From contig MU005962.1 of NCBI GenBank assembly GCA_010093745.1, forward strand, positions 310,001 through 374,000: a DNA stretch of 64,000 nt, read 5' to 3'. The stretch's first letter is position 1. Every line of letters starts with the position of its first letter. Both the position numbers and the translations under genes were made by a program. Of this stretch, positions 32,856 through 45,670 are shown in pieces. Under the pieces are notes generated by a model. That model was not told where the DNA came from and made no database searches. It saw only the letters and a list, made by a program, of their open reading frames with translations. This stretch comes from Piedraia hortae CBS 480.64. Taxonomy: Eukaryota.

Positions 32856-35800
32856 TCACGACCCATGCCACCTCGCATATTCATACAGAACAATACTCGC
32901 CGCAGTCTGCACGTTCAAACTCCTCGTGACACCCACCTGCGGAATCTCAATGAGATCCTCACACTCTCCCAGCACATGTGCAGGAATACCCCCCTTCTCA
33001 CTCCCCAACACGAGAACGACCTTCTCAGGGATGATATATTCCCCCTCCCGTCCCAAAATGTGGCTTCGATCAGTCTGTTCGATCCCCACGACCCTCCACC
33101 CCTCATCCCGCTTCTCGGCAAGGAAACCCGCCACGTTCGCGGCGGAGAGTTGGTGGATTGGGAGGTGGAGGTGCGAGGAGACTGCTACGCTTCTGAAATC
33201 GGAGGATGTGGTGATGTTTTGGTTTTGGACGTGGAGTTCGGAGATTCCGAAGATTTCACCTGCGCGGGAGAGTCCGCCTAAGTTGGAGGGGGAGGAGATG
33301 AATGAGGCGATTAGGATTACGCTTCGGCGGGGACGGGGGGTTTGGGCTAGGTAGGCGGTTCCTTTGGTTTGCAGGGCACGGGTGCTTGTGTAGGTTGAGG
33401 GGACGAGATCCTGGTCTTGGTCTTGGTCTTGGGTTGGGGGGGAGGATTCTTGAGTTGCTATGGGAGGGGGGGGGAGGGGTTCGCCTAGTGGGATGCAGGA
33501 TTTGGGAAGATGTTCGGAGTGCAGGCTCACGAAATCGTCCCTGCTGCAGAGCGGTCTCTCGACGTGGTCGAGCCCGAACCATGGTCCGGCTACGAGGTTG
33601 GACAAGGTGTGGTCTTTTACCGGGTCCAGGACGTCGAGCTTTCGCTCTATAGGCGGATCATCGTATCGTGCTAGGCTTCTGATGTATTCATCCAGGACAA
33701 GGAATGCGGGTGATTGCGTAATTGATGTCCATCCCTGTGCTTTTGCATGATCGATGAGTATAGGGAACTGCCACTGAGCTTCGTGACGAATGACAACCTT
33801 TGACGAGGCAGCCAGAGGCACGAAGCTTGTTGAAATCTGATTTGCAAATTCTTCGTCACCGGTCACGGCTGTGGCCAGCATTGCTGCAATCTTCATCAGC
33901 GATGCCAGGTACTTTGGGTTTGAATGATGGTCCTTGGTAGATAAGTCCTGGAGGATCTTGCTCCGCAGATGTGGCCGGTGGAGGTATATACGTGCAATCA
34001 TCCAGTTTAACAGATAACGATACCGCGGTAGGGGCTCAATGGAGAGGACATAATGTAGGTCATTGAGCATCTTGACCGTCTGTGGCTCGTCCAGCTCGGG
34101 ACACACTTCCTCGCAGCAAAGCAGCATGATCTGGAGTTGTAGGCTGGATTTCCATGGGCTGATGGTTAGGGGTGGTGTTTTCTGCATTACCCAGCGTGGT
34201 AGCAGGTTATCCAGCACATCTTTTGCATGTTTCGGACCTAAACGGCTAACAATGTCCAAAAGCGCAGCAACACCAGCACTCGGGGGTTGTCCAAAGTAAT
34301 ATTCATAACCGAACGGGCTCAATAGAGGATGCACGTTTATGAGCAGGCTGATGGTAGCTACTTCGATCCGCGTCTCCACCGTTGGCGCAAATAACTGCTC
34401 GGTTTGACGCAGGACAAAGCCTGATATGGACAAAGTCTGAGCTGCTTCTGGGATGATCTTCCTCATCTTAAGCATAACAGGCGGCAGCAAGTATGTGCGG
34501 TTTTCCGCCAGCTGTTGTAACACATGAAGCTTGTTAGTGACTGTTGTACACAACTCTTCTGAGGGCTGCAAAAGCTTCGCAATCGAAGAATGGAATAGTA
34601 CTTCAGGGTATCTGATGAGCACTTTCTTAGGCCACTCCAGGTACTCCAGGTCGGTCCAGATATCTTCCAGGAAGGCATTAGCCTCTGGTGCTGACACCGT
34701 ACCACCATCACTCGCATTGGCTAGAAAACAGTCGATTTTCTCAAGTGTCTCAATCTCCTTTCGATCTCGTTTGGACGATTGAGAAATCCAACTGGAGATT
34801 GGGCCAGCCGCTTTACCATTTAAGATACGGGATTGTACGGTCTGCCAGTCCGATGACACACGGGCAGTGGAATCACAAGGGCCATTTCGTGACGTGTAAT
34901 CCCAACACATCTTCGTACAGCGCACAGTGACATAGTCTCGAGCAACCTCAGGCAGCTCAGACCATGCAGCTAACTGCGCAATTGTCTCCATGTGTTCAGC
35001 AGTCACAACCGTGCCATTCGATTCATCAAAAGCACGTCCAACACCCTCTAGCAGATACACACCTGCGTATGCAAATTGGCCAGTTCTTTTTCCAATAATC
35101 GCAGAGAGCACAGCCGTTACCAAGGCGTTACCTATGTCAGTGCCGGCATTAGCGCAAAGCAACTGAAGCACGTAGCCGACGAGCCTATCGCCGTGCTCGC
35201 ACCTCCAAGCATCATCGCTAGGCTTCAGTGTAGAAGTGAAAAGTGCTCCTTGAGTAACCCATGGGAGGAAACTTTGCTCCAAAAATGCAACAAAGTCATC
35301 TGAAGCTTCGGGCTGGAAATTTGAACTCATGATCCAGTTTCCGATAAATTTTCGGGTAGAATTCTGTGTTGCACAAGCCAGGACTGCACTGAGCACGGCA
35401 TATAACCATTCTGGTCGGATGGCAGAAGAGGAAAAGGACAACATGGTCAATTCCGGCTCGCATTCGATGACTTGATTGAGATAGCGACCTAGAAGAATGG
35501 TCTCGAATACTGTGCAATATCTCTCATAATGCTCGATGATGACGGGCAGAGCTGCATTCGTCTTGGAACAGATCGAAGGGCGAAGTTCTTCGCTTGACGC
35601 AGCGATAGCGACTGATGGCCGGATGATGCCAAGGCACTTCTTGCGTTGCTCATCGTCCCCAACTCTGAGCCCTTTGATCAGGATTTTCCAATAGTCCGAA
35701 TCAATACAGGGGCCCAGGATGGCTGGGTTGCTTAAGGCCATTTGAAGCCACAAATCGTCACCAATCCGTCGATGGGTTGGTGAATCAACGGTGGAAAGCA

Positions 35801-36419
35801 TCAATATTGCCTTCCGAAATAAGTCTTGGTTTCTTTCTGAAATGTCAAGCCCTCGAGATATCATAAGAGACAGTGTATGTTGGGCGCCAACACATACATC
35901 TTCCTGCTTGACAGCGGCAAGTATCAACGAAGACTCAAAGAGTCGATCGATGATACTTGTGGGATGGTCTCGACGTATCGAGCCACGGGCATACTTTAGA
36001 AAGGACGTTGCGGAAAGTTGGACTTGGTCTGTGAACTGATTTGGGTTACCATCGGTATATGCAGGTAAGATAACATCAGGAAATGACAAGACTACATTCT
36101 CGTTTAATGGTGCGGCTAAAGCACCAGTTAGCGAACATAGCCGTTCAACAATACATTGTAGCAGCTTGTGTCGAAAACTGTCTCGTTCGTCAACGGTCGA
36201 TAGAATATCATCCACATGCCCTTTGGAAACAGAGTCTGCGATGTTTTCAATCAGAAGTTTCTCTGTGGACTTGTCCGAATGCAGGGTTCCGAGGTCGAGG
36301 GCAATGCTTATTTCCGAGACATTGTCAAACGCTGCAGCGTTTAGTGCGGAATGGATGAAGGTTGCACGATCGTTTTCTGGAAGACCCTCCAGCAGAGCTT
36401 GTATAAGAGGACCGATCAT
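32856..36419 (-). CDS. TRM3: tRNA (guanosine-18-2'-O)-methyltransferase, SpoU family
   Basis: Long helical N-terminus, then a C-terminal SPOUT domain with NLGGLSR, LGSEKGGIP and RSLNVQTA. Confidence 0.9.
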   Translation of the reverse strand: MIGPLIQALLEGLPENDRATFIHSALNAAAFDNVSEISIALDLGTLHSDKSTEKLLIENIADSVSKGHVDDILSTVDERDSFRHKLLQCIVERLCSLTGALAAPLNENVVLSFPDVILPAYTDGNPNQFTDQVQLSATSFLKYARGSIRRDHPTSIIDRLFESSLILAAVKQEDVCVGAQHTLSLMISRGLDISERNQDLFRKAILMLSTVDSPTHRRIGDDLWLQMALSNPAILGPCIDSDYWKILIKGLRVGDDEQRKKCLGIIRPSVAIAASSEELRPSICSKTNAALPVIIEHYERYCTVFETILLGRYLNQVIECEPELTMLSFSSSAIRPEWLYAVLSAVLACATQNSTRKFIGNWIMSSNFQPEASDDFVAFLEQSFLPWVTQGALFTSTLKPSDDAWRCEHGDRLVGYVLQLLCANAGTDIGNALVTAVLSAIIGKRTGQFAYAGVYLLEGVGRAFDESNGTVVTAEHMETIAQLAAWSELPEVARDYVTVRCTKMCWDYTSRNGPCDSTARVSSDWQTVQSRILNGKAAGPISSWISQSSKRDRKEIETLEKIDCFLANASDGGTVSAPEANAFLEDIWTDLEYLEWPKKVLIRYPEVLFHSSIAKLLQPSEELCTTVTNKLHVLQQLAENRTYLLPPVMLKMRKIIPEAAQTLSISGFVLRQTEQLFAPTVETRIEVATISLLINVHPLLSPFGYEYYFGQPPSAGVAALLDIVSRLGPKHAKDVLDNLLPRWVMQKTPPLTISPWKSSLQLQIMLLCCEEVCPELDEPQTVKMLNDLHYVLSIEPLPRYRYLLNWMIARIYLHRPHLRSKILQDLSTKDHHSNPKYLASLMKIAAMLATAVTGDEEFANQISTSFVPLAASSKVVIRHEAQWQFPILIDHAKAQGWTSITQSPAFLVLDEYIRSLARYDDPPIERKLDVLDPVKDHTLSNLVAGPWFGLDHVERPLCSRDDFVSLHSEHLPKSCIPLGEPLPPPPIATQESSPPTQDQDQDQDLVPSTYTSTRALQTKGTAYLAQTPRPRRSVILIASFISSPSNLGGLSRAGEIFGISELHVQNQNITTSSDFRSVAVSSHLHLPIHQLSAANVAGFLAEKRDEGWRVVGIEQTDRSHILGREGEYIIPEKVVLVLGSEKGGIPAHVLGECEDLIEIPQVGVTRSLNVQTAASIVLYEYARWHGS

Positions 36420-36775
36420 TTTTTCTCCGACTCCAGACCGACCAGAACGATACCTATACAGCTACGAAAATAGGTTGGAAAAATTGAAAGTGGCCGAGTA
36501 CAGCGGAACGGTCCGAGGCGACGAAACGGCACATGGCAACGGTTGTCAGGGCGGGACCATCCGTACCGGTAGGTTTGCGCCGCGCCGCAAATAACCCTGC
36601 GAGTATCGTGAGCACAGAGCAACGATAGGCACTTCCGGTAGCGCGGCCCCACACTAATGGGCTGTCGCGCGGGGATCTCATGTGGATTTACTTGCAACGG
36701 CGATCCAAACTTTTGCGACAAAACCTTTGCGAAGCTTTTGCCGAAGTTCTTTTTTCCGAACTGTCAACACCGGCC

Positions 36776-38588
36776 ATGTCGCATCGTAGATCTCTGACGA
36801 TTGACATGCCCGGTGATTTGAGTACGGCCAGTGCACCTTCCCTACGTAGCAGAGACGTTGCGCCCATGATGGAACGGCCTTCTACCTCCGACGGTGACAC
36901 GGGTAACGTAAAGGTTGTGGTGAGGGTGAGGAAGTTCATCAAGAGAGGTATGTATCTTCGAATGATATCTCCAGAATAAGAGTTGATGGAAGGCAGAGTT
37001 GGAGAAACGTTCACCATGTTTAATCGAGATGGATCCAAAAACCAACCGAACCATCCTCCATCCACCTGAAGTGTCGCCCGATGATGCCAAGTCCAACCGG
37101 AGAACCTATGAGGAGAAATCGTTCACTTTCGACAAATCGTTTTGGTCTCACGAAGAACGAGACGCGCACTATGCCCATCAGCACCACGTTTATGCCTCGT
37201 TTGGCGAGGAGTTCCTCGACCACAACTTTGATGGCTATCACACTTGCATCTTCGCTTACGGCCAGACGGGATCGGGCAAGTCATACACGATGATGGGAAC
37301 CCCGGACGAACCAGGACTCATACCGCGGACCTGCCAAGGACTCTTTGAGCGCATCGAATCCGAGCAAAACAGCAGTATAACATACAACGTTCACGTCTCC
37401 TACTTTGAGATCTACAACGAGCACGTCAAGGATCTACTGGTGTCTCAGTCTCGACATGGCCCTCCTCAATACCTCAAGATCCGCGAGAGCAAGAGTGACG
37501 GAGTCTACGTGCAGAATCTCACCGACGAGCAGGTCAAGTGCTACGAAGATATTGAGCGACTGATGAAAATGGGAGATCTTAACCGAACCACCGCCTCGAC
37601 CAAGATGAATGACACGTCATCTCGCTCTCACGCAGTCTTTACGTTGACTCTGAAGCAGATTCAACATGATATCGCCACGGACAGTACCATAGAGCGTCTG
37701 GCCCGTATGCGTCTTGTAGATCTCGCTGGTTCAGAGCGCGCAAACCGCACCGAAGCCACGGGACAGCGACTACGGGAGGGAGGCAACATTAATCAATCCT
37801 TGACCACTCTCGGCCGAGTTATAGCCGCCCTTGCTGATCCCAAACGTAACCGAGCTCCACGACAAAACCAGTCAAAGCGACGGGCAGAAGTCGTCCCTTA
37901 CCGCGATTCGGTGCTGACATGGCTACTCAAAGACAGTTTGGGTGGAAACTCCAAAACGGCTATGGTGGCATGCATATCGCCCACAGACTACGAAGAAACT
38001 TTAAGCACGTTGCGCTACGCAGACCAGGCTAAACGCATCCGTACAAAGGCCCACGTCAACCAAGACGCCGTCTCTGCCGCTGAGCGTGATGCCAAAATCA
38101 TGGAGATGGCCGAAACGATTAAACAACTACAGCTCTCGGTCAACGCGGCTGCTACTCGCAAGCGTGACGAGGCAGACCGTGCGCGTGATGAGCTGGAGGA
38201 TTACCAGCGCCAAGTTAGCAAGATGCAGCGCGCAATGGAAGAGAGCAAGGCTGTGTCTGATGTGAAGATTCGTGCCATGACCGCGGAGCTTGACGAACTT
38301 CGTCCGCAGAACGCAGCTCTAAAGCTTGAGGTGGAGTCTTTGCGTCGTCATTTGGCGCTGGTTGTGGGAGAGTTGAAAAATCCGATTGTCATTCCGGCTG
38401 AGCTCGCTGAAGAGGATGAGTCGGAATGCGACTTGGAGGATGATGATGGCGAGAGCGAAGGTTCGGAGAATAATACCCCTTTTGAGCCTGAAGCTTGGCA
38501 AATGGAGATGCAGGACTTGTTGGCCGACTTGGGCCAGTTCAAATCAAAGGTTGCGTTGGATCGAGAGAGATTTATGCCCTCGTCTTGA
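36776..38588 (+). CDS. Short fungal kinesin-3 (UncB/Nkin3 type)
   Basis: Exons 36776-36947 and 36997-38588 (49-nt intron). NVKVVVRVR, FDKSFWS, GQTGSGKSYTMMG, SSRSHAVF, LVDLAGSER and ETLSTLRYADQAK. Short coiled-coil tail with no FHA or PH domain. Confidence 0.9.
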
Positions 38589-38843
38589 TTGGTTGGGAAT
38601 GATGGGTCATGATGGTGTAGAGTAGCATAGCGATTGATGGGTAGGACGGGTTTGCATTGTGTATAGGTATGCGTTTCGAAGCTGGGCTGACTGGTATGTC
38701 TTGAGCCATGATGGTAAAGAATTAAAAGAGGAGACTACATGCTGATTCTTGCCGCTAATATAAATGTACAGTGCACTGCTGCATCGGTAAGAATGGACGC
38801 ACAATGCTATGGTACAAAGTCTACAACTCGCTCCGCTGGTTGC

Positions 38844-40219
38844 TCAGTCCAGCAGTCTGGTAATCAAGCCCGTTGCAACGGTCCGTCCGCCCTCGCGGAT
38901 GTTGAACCGTTGACCTTGGTCGAGGGCCAGCGGCTTGTGGCACTCAACAATCATCTCGACGTTGTCGCCCGGCATCACCATCTTGTGCTCCTGTGCGCCT
39001 TCGCTCTCGGGCGGCCAGTGCAGAGTGGCAGACTCGTCTGCGGTGCGGATGAACAGCTGCGGCTTATAATTGTCTCGGAATCCAGTGTGACGACCTCCTT
39101 CCTCTTTAGTCAGGACGTACATAGATGCAAGAAACTTCTTGTGTGCCGAGGTGGTACCGGGCTTGGCAATAACCATGCCACGAAGGACATCTTCACGCTT
39201 AACGCCTCGCAAGAGGAGGCCGGAGTTGTCACCGGCACGAGATTCGTCACACGACTTTTTGAAGGTCTCAATGTCGGTGACTTTGGTCTTGATGGGCGTC
39301 GCGCCCTTTCCGACGAGCTCCACCTCGCTATCCCGCTTCAAAACGCCGCGCTCGACACGCCCGGATGCGACTGTGCCGCGTCCAGGAATGGAGAAGACGT
39401 CCTCAACAGACATAAGGAATGGCTTTTCGACATCACGCTCGGGCGTGGGGATCCACGTGTCTACAGCTTCGAGCAATTCGTCAATCTTCTTCTCGCCAAT
39501 CTCTGGCTGCTTGCCGTTGATGGCACAGAGAGCCGAGCCCATGATGATAGGCGTATCATCGCCCTCAAACTGGTAGGAGGACAGCAGCTCACGCATCTCC
39601 ATCTCCACAAGCTCCAACATCTCCTTGTCATCCACAGCATCAACTTTATTGACAAACACGACTAGCCTCTTCACACCCACTTGACGGGCAAGGAGCAGAT
39701 GCTCGCGAGTCTGGGGCATTTGTCCATCAGATGCGGCAACGACAATGATGGCTCCATCCATAGAAGCGGCACCAGTGATCATGTTCTTGATGTAGTCGGC
39801 GTGACCAGGACAGTCAACGTGGGAGTAATGACGCTTGTCCGTCGAGTATTCGATATGTGCGGAGGAAATCGTGATGCCGCGCTTCCGCTCTTCCGGCGCT
39901 TTGTCAATGGCACCATATTCGAGGTACGATGCAAAGCCTTTCTCGGCCTGCCGCTTCGTAATGGCTGCTGTGAGCGTAGTCTTGATGTGTCAGCCGCTGG
40001 AAAAGACCGCAATGATCATAACCAACTCACCTTGCCATGATCTACGTGTCCAATGGTTCCGATATTGACGTGTGGCTTGTCTCGTTGGAAAACTGTTGCA
40101 TAGGCTCTGGCCGAATTGTAGAGCTGGCCTTGGGCTTTCCATACCGAAATGGCAGGATTTACATTACCACGAGCGCTTAACGCGCGAGATGCAGACAATA
40201 AGGAGCGAACGAAGGGCAT
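38844..40219 (-). CDS. TUF1: Mitochondrial elongation factor Tu
   Basis: Exons 40219-40031 and 39980-38844 (50-nt intron GTGAGT...CTGAC...AAG). [22 protein letters not shown] and NKVD. Confidence 0.97.
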
Positions 40220-40508
40220 TTTGAGCGTGGTGGACACAGCAATGGGCCAAAGAAATGTTTGAGGCGCACGGGCCACCAACTCTTCCCAGAGATTCGCCGG
40301 AGTTTTGCCGCGGTAGCAGAATCACCTTCATCGCCGCTTGGTCCGGATATACGTGGAAACAAACCCACGTGACGGCAAAGCAAGTGAAAAGTCGGCCTGT
40401 ATTGAACCCAAAAATCAATTGCCGAGGTCCAGTTGTTGTGGCCGTTCTGTCCCAATGCCACTCCTGGTGGGCTGTAGGCGATCTGTCATTAGTCATACCA
40501 GTGCCTTT

Positions 40509-41991
40509 ATGCCTCTCCGAGCTCGAATAACGAGCCCTGCCTTTGCGGCAGCTCAATCAGTAGGTTTAACTACCTGTCAAGCTAAGGATATAGAGCTAAC
40601 GAACCTCTTAGTTCTCGAGTAGTCAGATGCAGTCAGATGACATTGCCACAAAAGAATTGCCAGGCGACGAGCCTCGAGATGTGCTTTTTGGGGCCATTAA
40701 TGGCCTCCGCACCATTACTCTCAATCGTCCGAAGAAGCTCAACAGTCTCAATGGATCAATGGCTCGAAAAATCCTACCTCGTTTGTTAGAATGGAGGAAG
40801 AGTCAGATGGTCAGCGTCGTCCTCATTAAAGGCGAGGGACGGGCTTTCTGTGCTGGTGGGGATGTTACCGCTCTAGCATTGGCGAACAAAGAGGGCAAGG
40901 AGGGCCAGCAGTCCAGCAAGAACTATTTTGCGCTCGAATATAAACTAGATCACGTAATCGCTACGTACAGCATCCCGTACGTAGCCTCCATGGACGGCAT
41001 CACCATGGGTGGTGGAGTTGGATTGAGCGTACATGCGCCTTTCCGGATTGCCACAGAGAACACGGTGTTCGCCATGCCCGAAACCACCATTGGCTTCTTC
41101 CCTGATGTTGGTGGGAGCTTCTTTCTGCCCCGTCTGGATGGAGGTCTGGGACTATATCTGGCCTTGACCTCGGAACAGCTGAAGGCAGCCGACGTTTTCT
41201 GGTCCGGCATTGCCACTCACTACATTCATTCATCTTCACTTCCCGATGTCGAGGCCCGGTTAGCTGAGCTGCAGTTTGGTGACCATACCAAAAAGGCCGA
41301 AAGGCTTAGAATCATCAACGATACTCTCGAAGAATTTTGCACAGGCCTCCCGCAGGAACAAAGCCCAGCTCATGGCGTGGTGGGCGGGGATATTCGCAAG
41401 ACCATCGACTACATCTTTCAACTAGATCACGACATTGATACCATTCTTGAAGGACTGCAAAGCTATGTTGATGCCCAGGAAGTACCACAAGCGATTAAGG
41501 ACTGGGCAGCGAAAACGAAGAAGACTATTCTGCAGCGTTCGCCAACCTCAGTTAAAGTCACGATACAGCAACTAAGGGAAGGGCGGCGGTGGAATATAGC
41601 CGAGACTTTCCGCAAAGAACATGTTATTGCCTCTCACTTCATGGAGCACGCGGATTTCGTTGAGGGTGTCTCGGCCTTGCTGATCAATAAGCCGAAAACC
41701 ACGCCCAATTGGAACCCCTCGTCTCTGGACGGAGTCAGTTCCAAGGATGTTGCATCCTTTTTCAAGCCAGAACCTAGCTTGCAGTTGCTAGATGATGGTG
41801 AGATGCAAGTTGTGCGGTATAACCAATACCCGCATCGCTGGACGGGCCTTCCACGGGACCAGGATATCTGGCAAGTCCTGAAAGAAGGCAACCAGAACAA
41901 GGACAAGCTGGTTGAGCGGTTTGTAAAAGATTACAAAGGAAAACAAGGTGTAAAAGAAAAGGTGGAGGAGGCATGTGAAAGATTAGGATGA
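40509..41991 (+). CDS. EHD3: 3-hydroxyisobutyryl-CoA hydrolase, mitochondrial
   Basis: Exons 40509-40559 and 40612-41991 (52-nt intron). LNRPKKLNSL, AFCAGGD, DGITMGGGVG and MPETTIGFFPDVG. Confidence 0.92.
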
Positions 41992-42113
41992 AGTTGTTGT
42001 TACTGTATATAGATGTCGGCACACTTTCCTAATTCGTCAGCTTCAACCTCACCTCTACATCAGACTTGCAGCCAGTGCGTGTTCCACTTACGCCGTCCGA
42101 GTCTCTGTCAATC

Positions 42114-42869
42114 ATGCCCGGAGTAAACTCCGCTACCGGCCTGGACTTCACCAACACGTCTCAAATCCCCCTTCCGCCGCCCAAACCCTTTACCCCGTCC
42201 CTCCGCCAATCTTCGGCACGCAAGAGCATCTATGACCGCAATCTGCAGCGGCCGCCTGCTCAGTCATCTTTGCCTGCTTTTGCCTTTCTTTTCAACACTA
42301 TTATTAACTACCACCACCGTCACAGCGCCAGTGTAGCCGAAATCGAGACTCGATTGAACCGCGCCGGGTATCCAATTGGAGTCAAGATGTTGGATCTCAT
42401 TATCTACCGGCTTGGCAATGGGAACTCGTCTTTTAGCTCCGCTGCTCGCGGACTCACTGGCTCCAGTTCGAGCTCTGCTGGGCCCGGTAGGCCGATACGC
42501 TTGCTTGAGCTGTTGCAATTCATACACACGCACCTCTTCCGTACTCTTTTTGGCCGTCCTGCCGACGCACTGGAGCAATCAACAACTAAGAAGAACGAAT
42601 ACATGCTCATTGAGCACGAGCCTATTGTGAACACATACATATCAATCCCAAAGGAAATGAGTCAGCTGAATTGTGCTGCCTTTGTGGCCGGTATCATTGA
42701 GGGGTGCTGTGATGCTGCTGGTTTCTCAATGGAGGGAGTTTCGGCACATTGGGCGGGCAACGGTGGCGGGAGTGGATCGGGGGAGGAGGAAATGTGGCCG
42801 GACAAGACGATTTACCTGCTGCGCTTCTCGGACGAGGTGATCGAGCGGGAGGAGGCTAGAGGGGGGTGA
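42114..42869 (+). CDS. TRS31: TRAPP complex subunit Trs31/TRAPPC5
   Basis: SIYDRNL, AFAFLF, GYPIG and YISIPKEMSQLNCAAFVAGIIEG. Confidence 0.92.
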   Translation: MPGVNSATGLDFTNTSQIPLPPPKPFTPSLRQSSARKSIYDRNLQRPPAQSSLPAFAFLFNTIINYHHRHSASVAEIETRLNRAGYPIGVKMLDLIIYRLGNGNSSFSSAARGLTGSSSSSAGPGRPIRLLELLQFIHTHLFRTLFGRPADALEQSTTKKNEYMLIEHEPIVNTYISIPKEMSQLNCAAFVAGIIEGCCDAAGFSMEGVSAHWAGNGGGSGSGEEEMWPDKTIYLLRFSDEVIEREEARGG

Positions 42870-42875
42870 ACGAGC

Positions 42876-44076
42876 CTACACAACGACGCCAATTGGCACG
42901 CTTGGGCGCACTAACGCCCGTCTCCAGCCTCCCTTAATCTCTGTGTCTCCTTTTATCTCAGGGGCGTCATTTTGATTGCCCATATCAGACAAACCAAGCG
43001 GACGTATCCGACTTGCTTGAAGCAGGGAGCCCCAGTCACTTTTCAACTCTGCATCCTTGGAGATTAGCTTTTGCCCAAGCTCCTGGGTCCATGTGCCGGG
43101 GTGCAAACAGCAGAACCTCAAGATGAAGTTCATGTTTTTGATGAGACCCTTTGAGGCGAGATGCAAAAGCCACAGATAGCTTGCCTCTGCCTCTGGGGGA
43201 GCCTCATCTCGATCCAACTGATCTAGCAGTTGGCTTACGAGTGCGGTCTGGAAAGCAGGTGATGTTGTGGCAAGGTCGTGAAGTAGATCTATCCACAACA
43301 TGAAGGCACCTTTCATCGAATCTCCAAGTCTGTAAAGTCAGTAGAATCTTATGGCAACTGAGATGGACATACTCTCTCTTGGCAGGTATCAAGCATTTCT
43401 CGTCTACCAAGGCCTTTGCCAGTTTTGATGCCGAACCTGTAGTACATAGTCTTTTGAGTTCGGACTCTGCTTCAGCCCATAGATTACTCCGCCTTGCCCT
43501 CAACCCCTCGACTCTTCCCTTTCTATACGCCCTTGCTGCTTTGATCACAGCTTCCCCTTCATTTCGACTGGATGTTCCATTGGCCAATCCTTCAGCCTCG
43601 CTTGCAGGCAACTTGTCCCAGTAGACAGTCCACAACCACTGCAATGCCCTAACCGTAACTGCCCTCAACCTCACCAACGACGGCAGCTCCTCATGCGTAG
43701 CCTCATGTCTCAGATGGACAAAATCCAACGGCATGTTAATCTGCTTCGCAACTGCCTGCATACTCATGGCGCGGTTCCGTTCCCGGGACCGGCCAATATC
43801 GCAGAACCCCGTTACAAATCGTGTGAAGGCAGCTGTGTAGGTCGCCTGCAGAGGGAAAGTGCTGTGTGATGGTGAGGAATCCTCGGCGAGTTGTCTATCT
43901 AACAACTGGGCATCTATAAGCTGAGCCGTAGACTCAACAGCGTGTGGCATATTGTTGCCTCGAAGCTTCCAGGCCTGAACCTGGGCTACGCCCCATGACG
44001 GATCTGTCTTGTAGAGCTTTTCTCGCACTGTTAAGAGGTCGCTATGTTTTGCCCACGGGGTCGTGGTGTACGCCAT
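42876..44076 (-). CDS. LAS1: Las1 pre-rRNA endonuclease (HEPN)
   Basis: Exons 44076-43373 and 43329-42876 (43-nt intron). TPW, PHAVESTA, RFVTG and the HEPN motif LRHEATH. Confidence 0.9.
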
Positions 44077-44295
44077 TCGTTTGAGGAAGTTTGTTTGGAG
44101 AGTTCCTGGAGCCACGGAAATGTGTGATTTAGTTATTACTTGTCTTGGGGTTTGGCGGGACTTCCACTAGCGTCCGAGATATTCCTGCCAATCAGTATAT
44201 CCCAATAAGCGTGACCGAAAAACTTGCGCACTCTTGGTGGGATACAAGCCGAATTTGCAGATTGATACCCTTGTAACACGTCTACCAACTCAGAG

Positions 44296-45670
44296 ATGGA
44301 TCAAGGTCATACCGAAGCCTTTTTTGAGCATCGAAAAGGTGAACGACGCCCCGCTTCTTTGGCAAGCGACCAGGACTCGGACCTACGGACTTCGTGCTTT
44401 GTACACTCGCTGCTGAATAGGGGTGCTGTTTACCCGAAGAATGATGAACAGTCTGAACACTCCGGGTCTGCCAATGGCACAATCACTTCACGAGAGCTAT
44501 CAAAAGCAGAATTGACTGATATGGCATATGGGATTCGAGAACTTGCCAAGAGATTGAGCAACTTACGCTTTCAACTCAAAGTCAGAAATGTTTTCCTGTT
44601 GACCAAGCTGCATGACAGACATCTCATCGTAAAGACTAGGGAAATATGTGAATGGTTGTTGGAGCAGCGCCAGGAGGATGGCACTCAGTACACCGTCTGG
44701 GTTCAAGATATCTTGGAGCACAACCCAAGCTTCGATGCAAAGAACATTCTTACCAAGTGTCCGTCATACAAGGCCCGTTTACACTATTGGGCTGCAGATG
44801 CCTGCAGGGAAAGCCCCCATGCATTCGACATTTGTATTGCACTTGGTGGAGACGGCACAGTTCTGTTCGCCTCATGGCTGTTCCAGCGAGTTGCTCCACC
44901 CGTAATGGCATTTGCACTCGGATCCCTTGGGTTCTTGACAAAGTTCGACTTTAACCAATATCAGCTATCTCTACCCAAATCTTTTACCGAAGGGGTAACC
45001 ATTTCGTTACGTCTACGCCTCGAGGCAACCATCATGCGAGCACAACTACAGCACGGTGACAAAGGTCGAGATCTCGTCGACGAGCTGGTTGGAAGAAGCT
45101 GCGGTGATATAACCACTCATAAGCCCGATCAGGCACATACAATCCTCAATGAAATCGTCGTAGATCGTGGTCCAAATCCAACCATGAGTAGCATTGAAGT
45201 CTTCGGCGGCGGAGACCATTTAACCACTGTCCAAGCAGATGGGGTATGCGTGGCCACCCCAACTGGCAGCACAGCGTACAATCTCGCTGCTGGGGGCAGT
45301 CTTTGCCATCCCGAGAATCCAGTGATTCTCGTTACAGCCATCGCGCCGCATACACTCAGTTTCAGACCCATCATCCTGCCTGACACAATGGTTCTCCGAG
45401 TTGGCGTACCTTATGACGCACGGTCAAGTTGCTGGGCTTCGTTCGACGGTAAAGAGAGGTAAGTGAGACTGGTCCACGAACCATCGGATACTAACCCTCT
45501 GCAGAACAGAGCTTAAACCTGGAGATTACTGCACAATCTCAGCCAGCCGATACCCTTTTCCCACGATCCTACCCCTTGCCGGGAACTCGCAAGACTGGGT
45601 CGATAGTATATCTCGCACCCTGAGCTGGAATGCTCGGCAGAGGCAGAAGCAGTTTGATTCGACGGCATGA
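44296..45670 (+). CDS. NAD(H) kinase (Utr1/Yef1 family)
   Basis: Exons 44296-45458 and 45505-45670 (46-nt intron). LGGDGT, GSLGFL, LNE and [20 protein letters not shown]. Confidence 0.93.

Noticed and set aside
38739..39665. 308-aa ORF antisense to TUF1
   Set aside because: Shadow frame of a strongly codon-biased gene, with no independent motifs.
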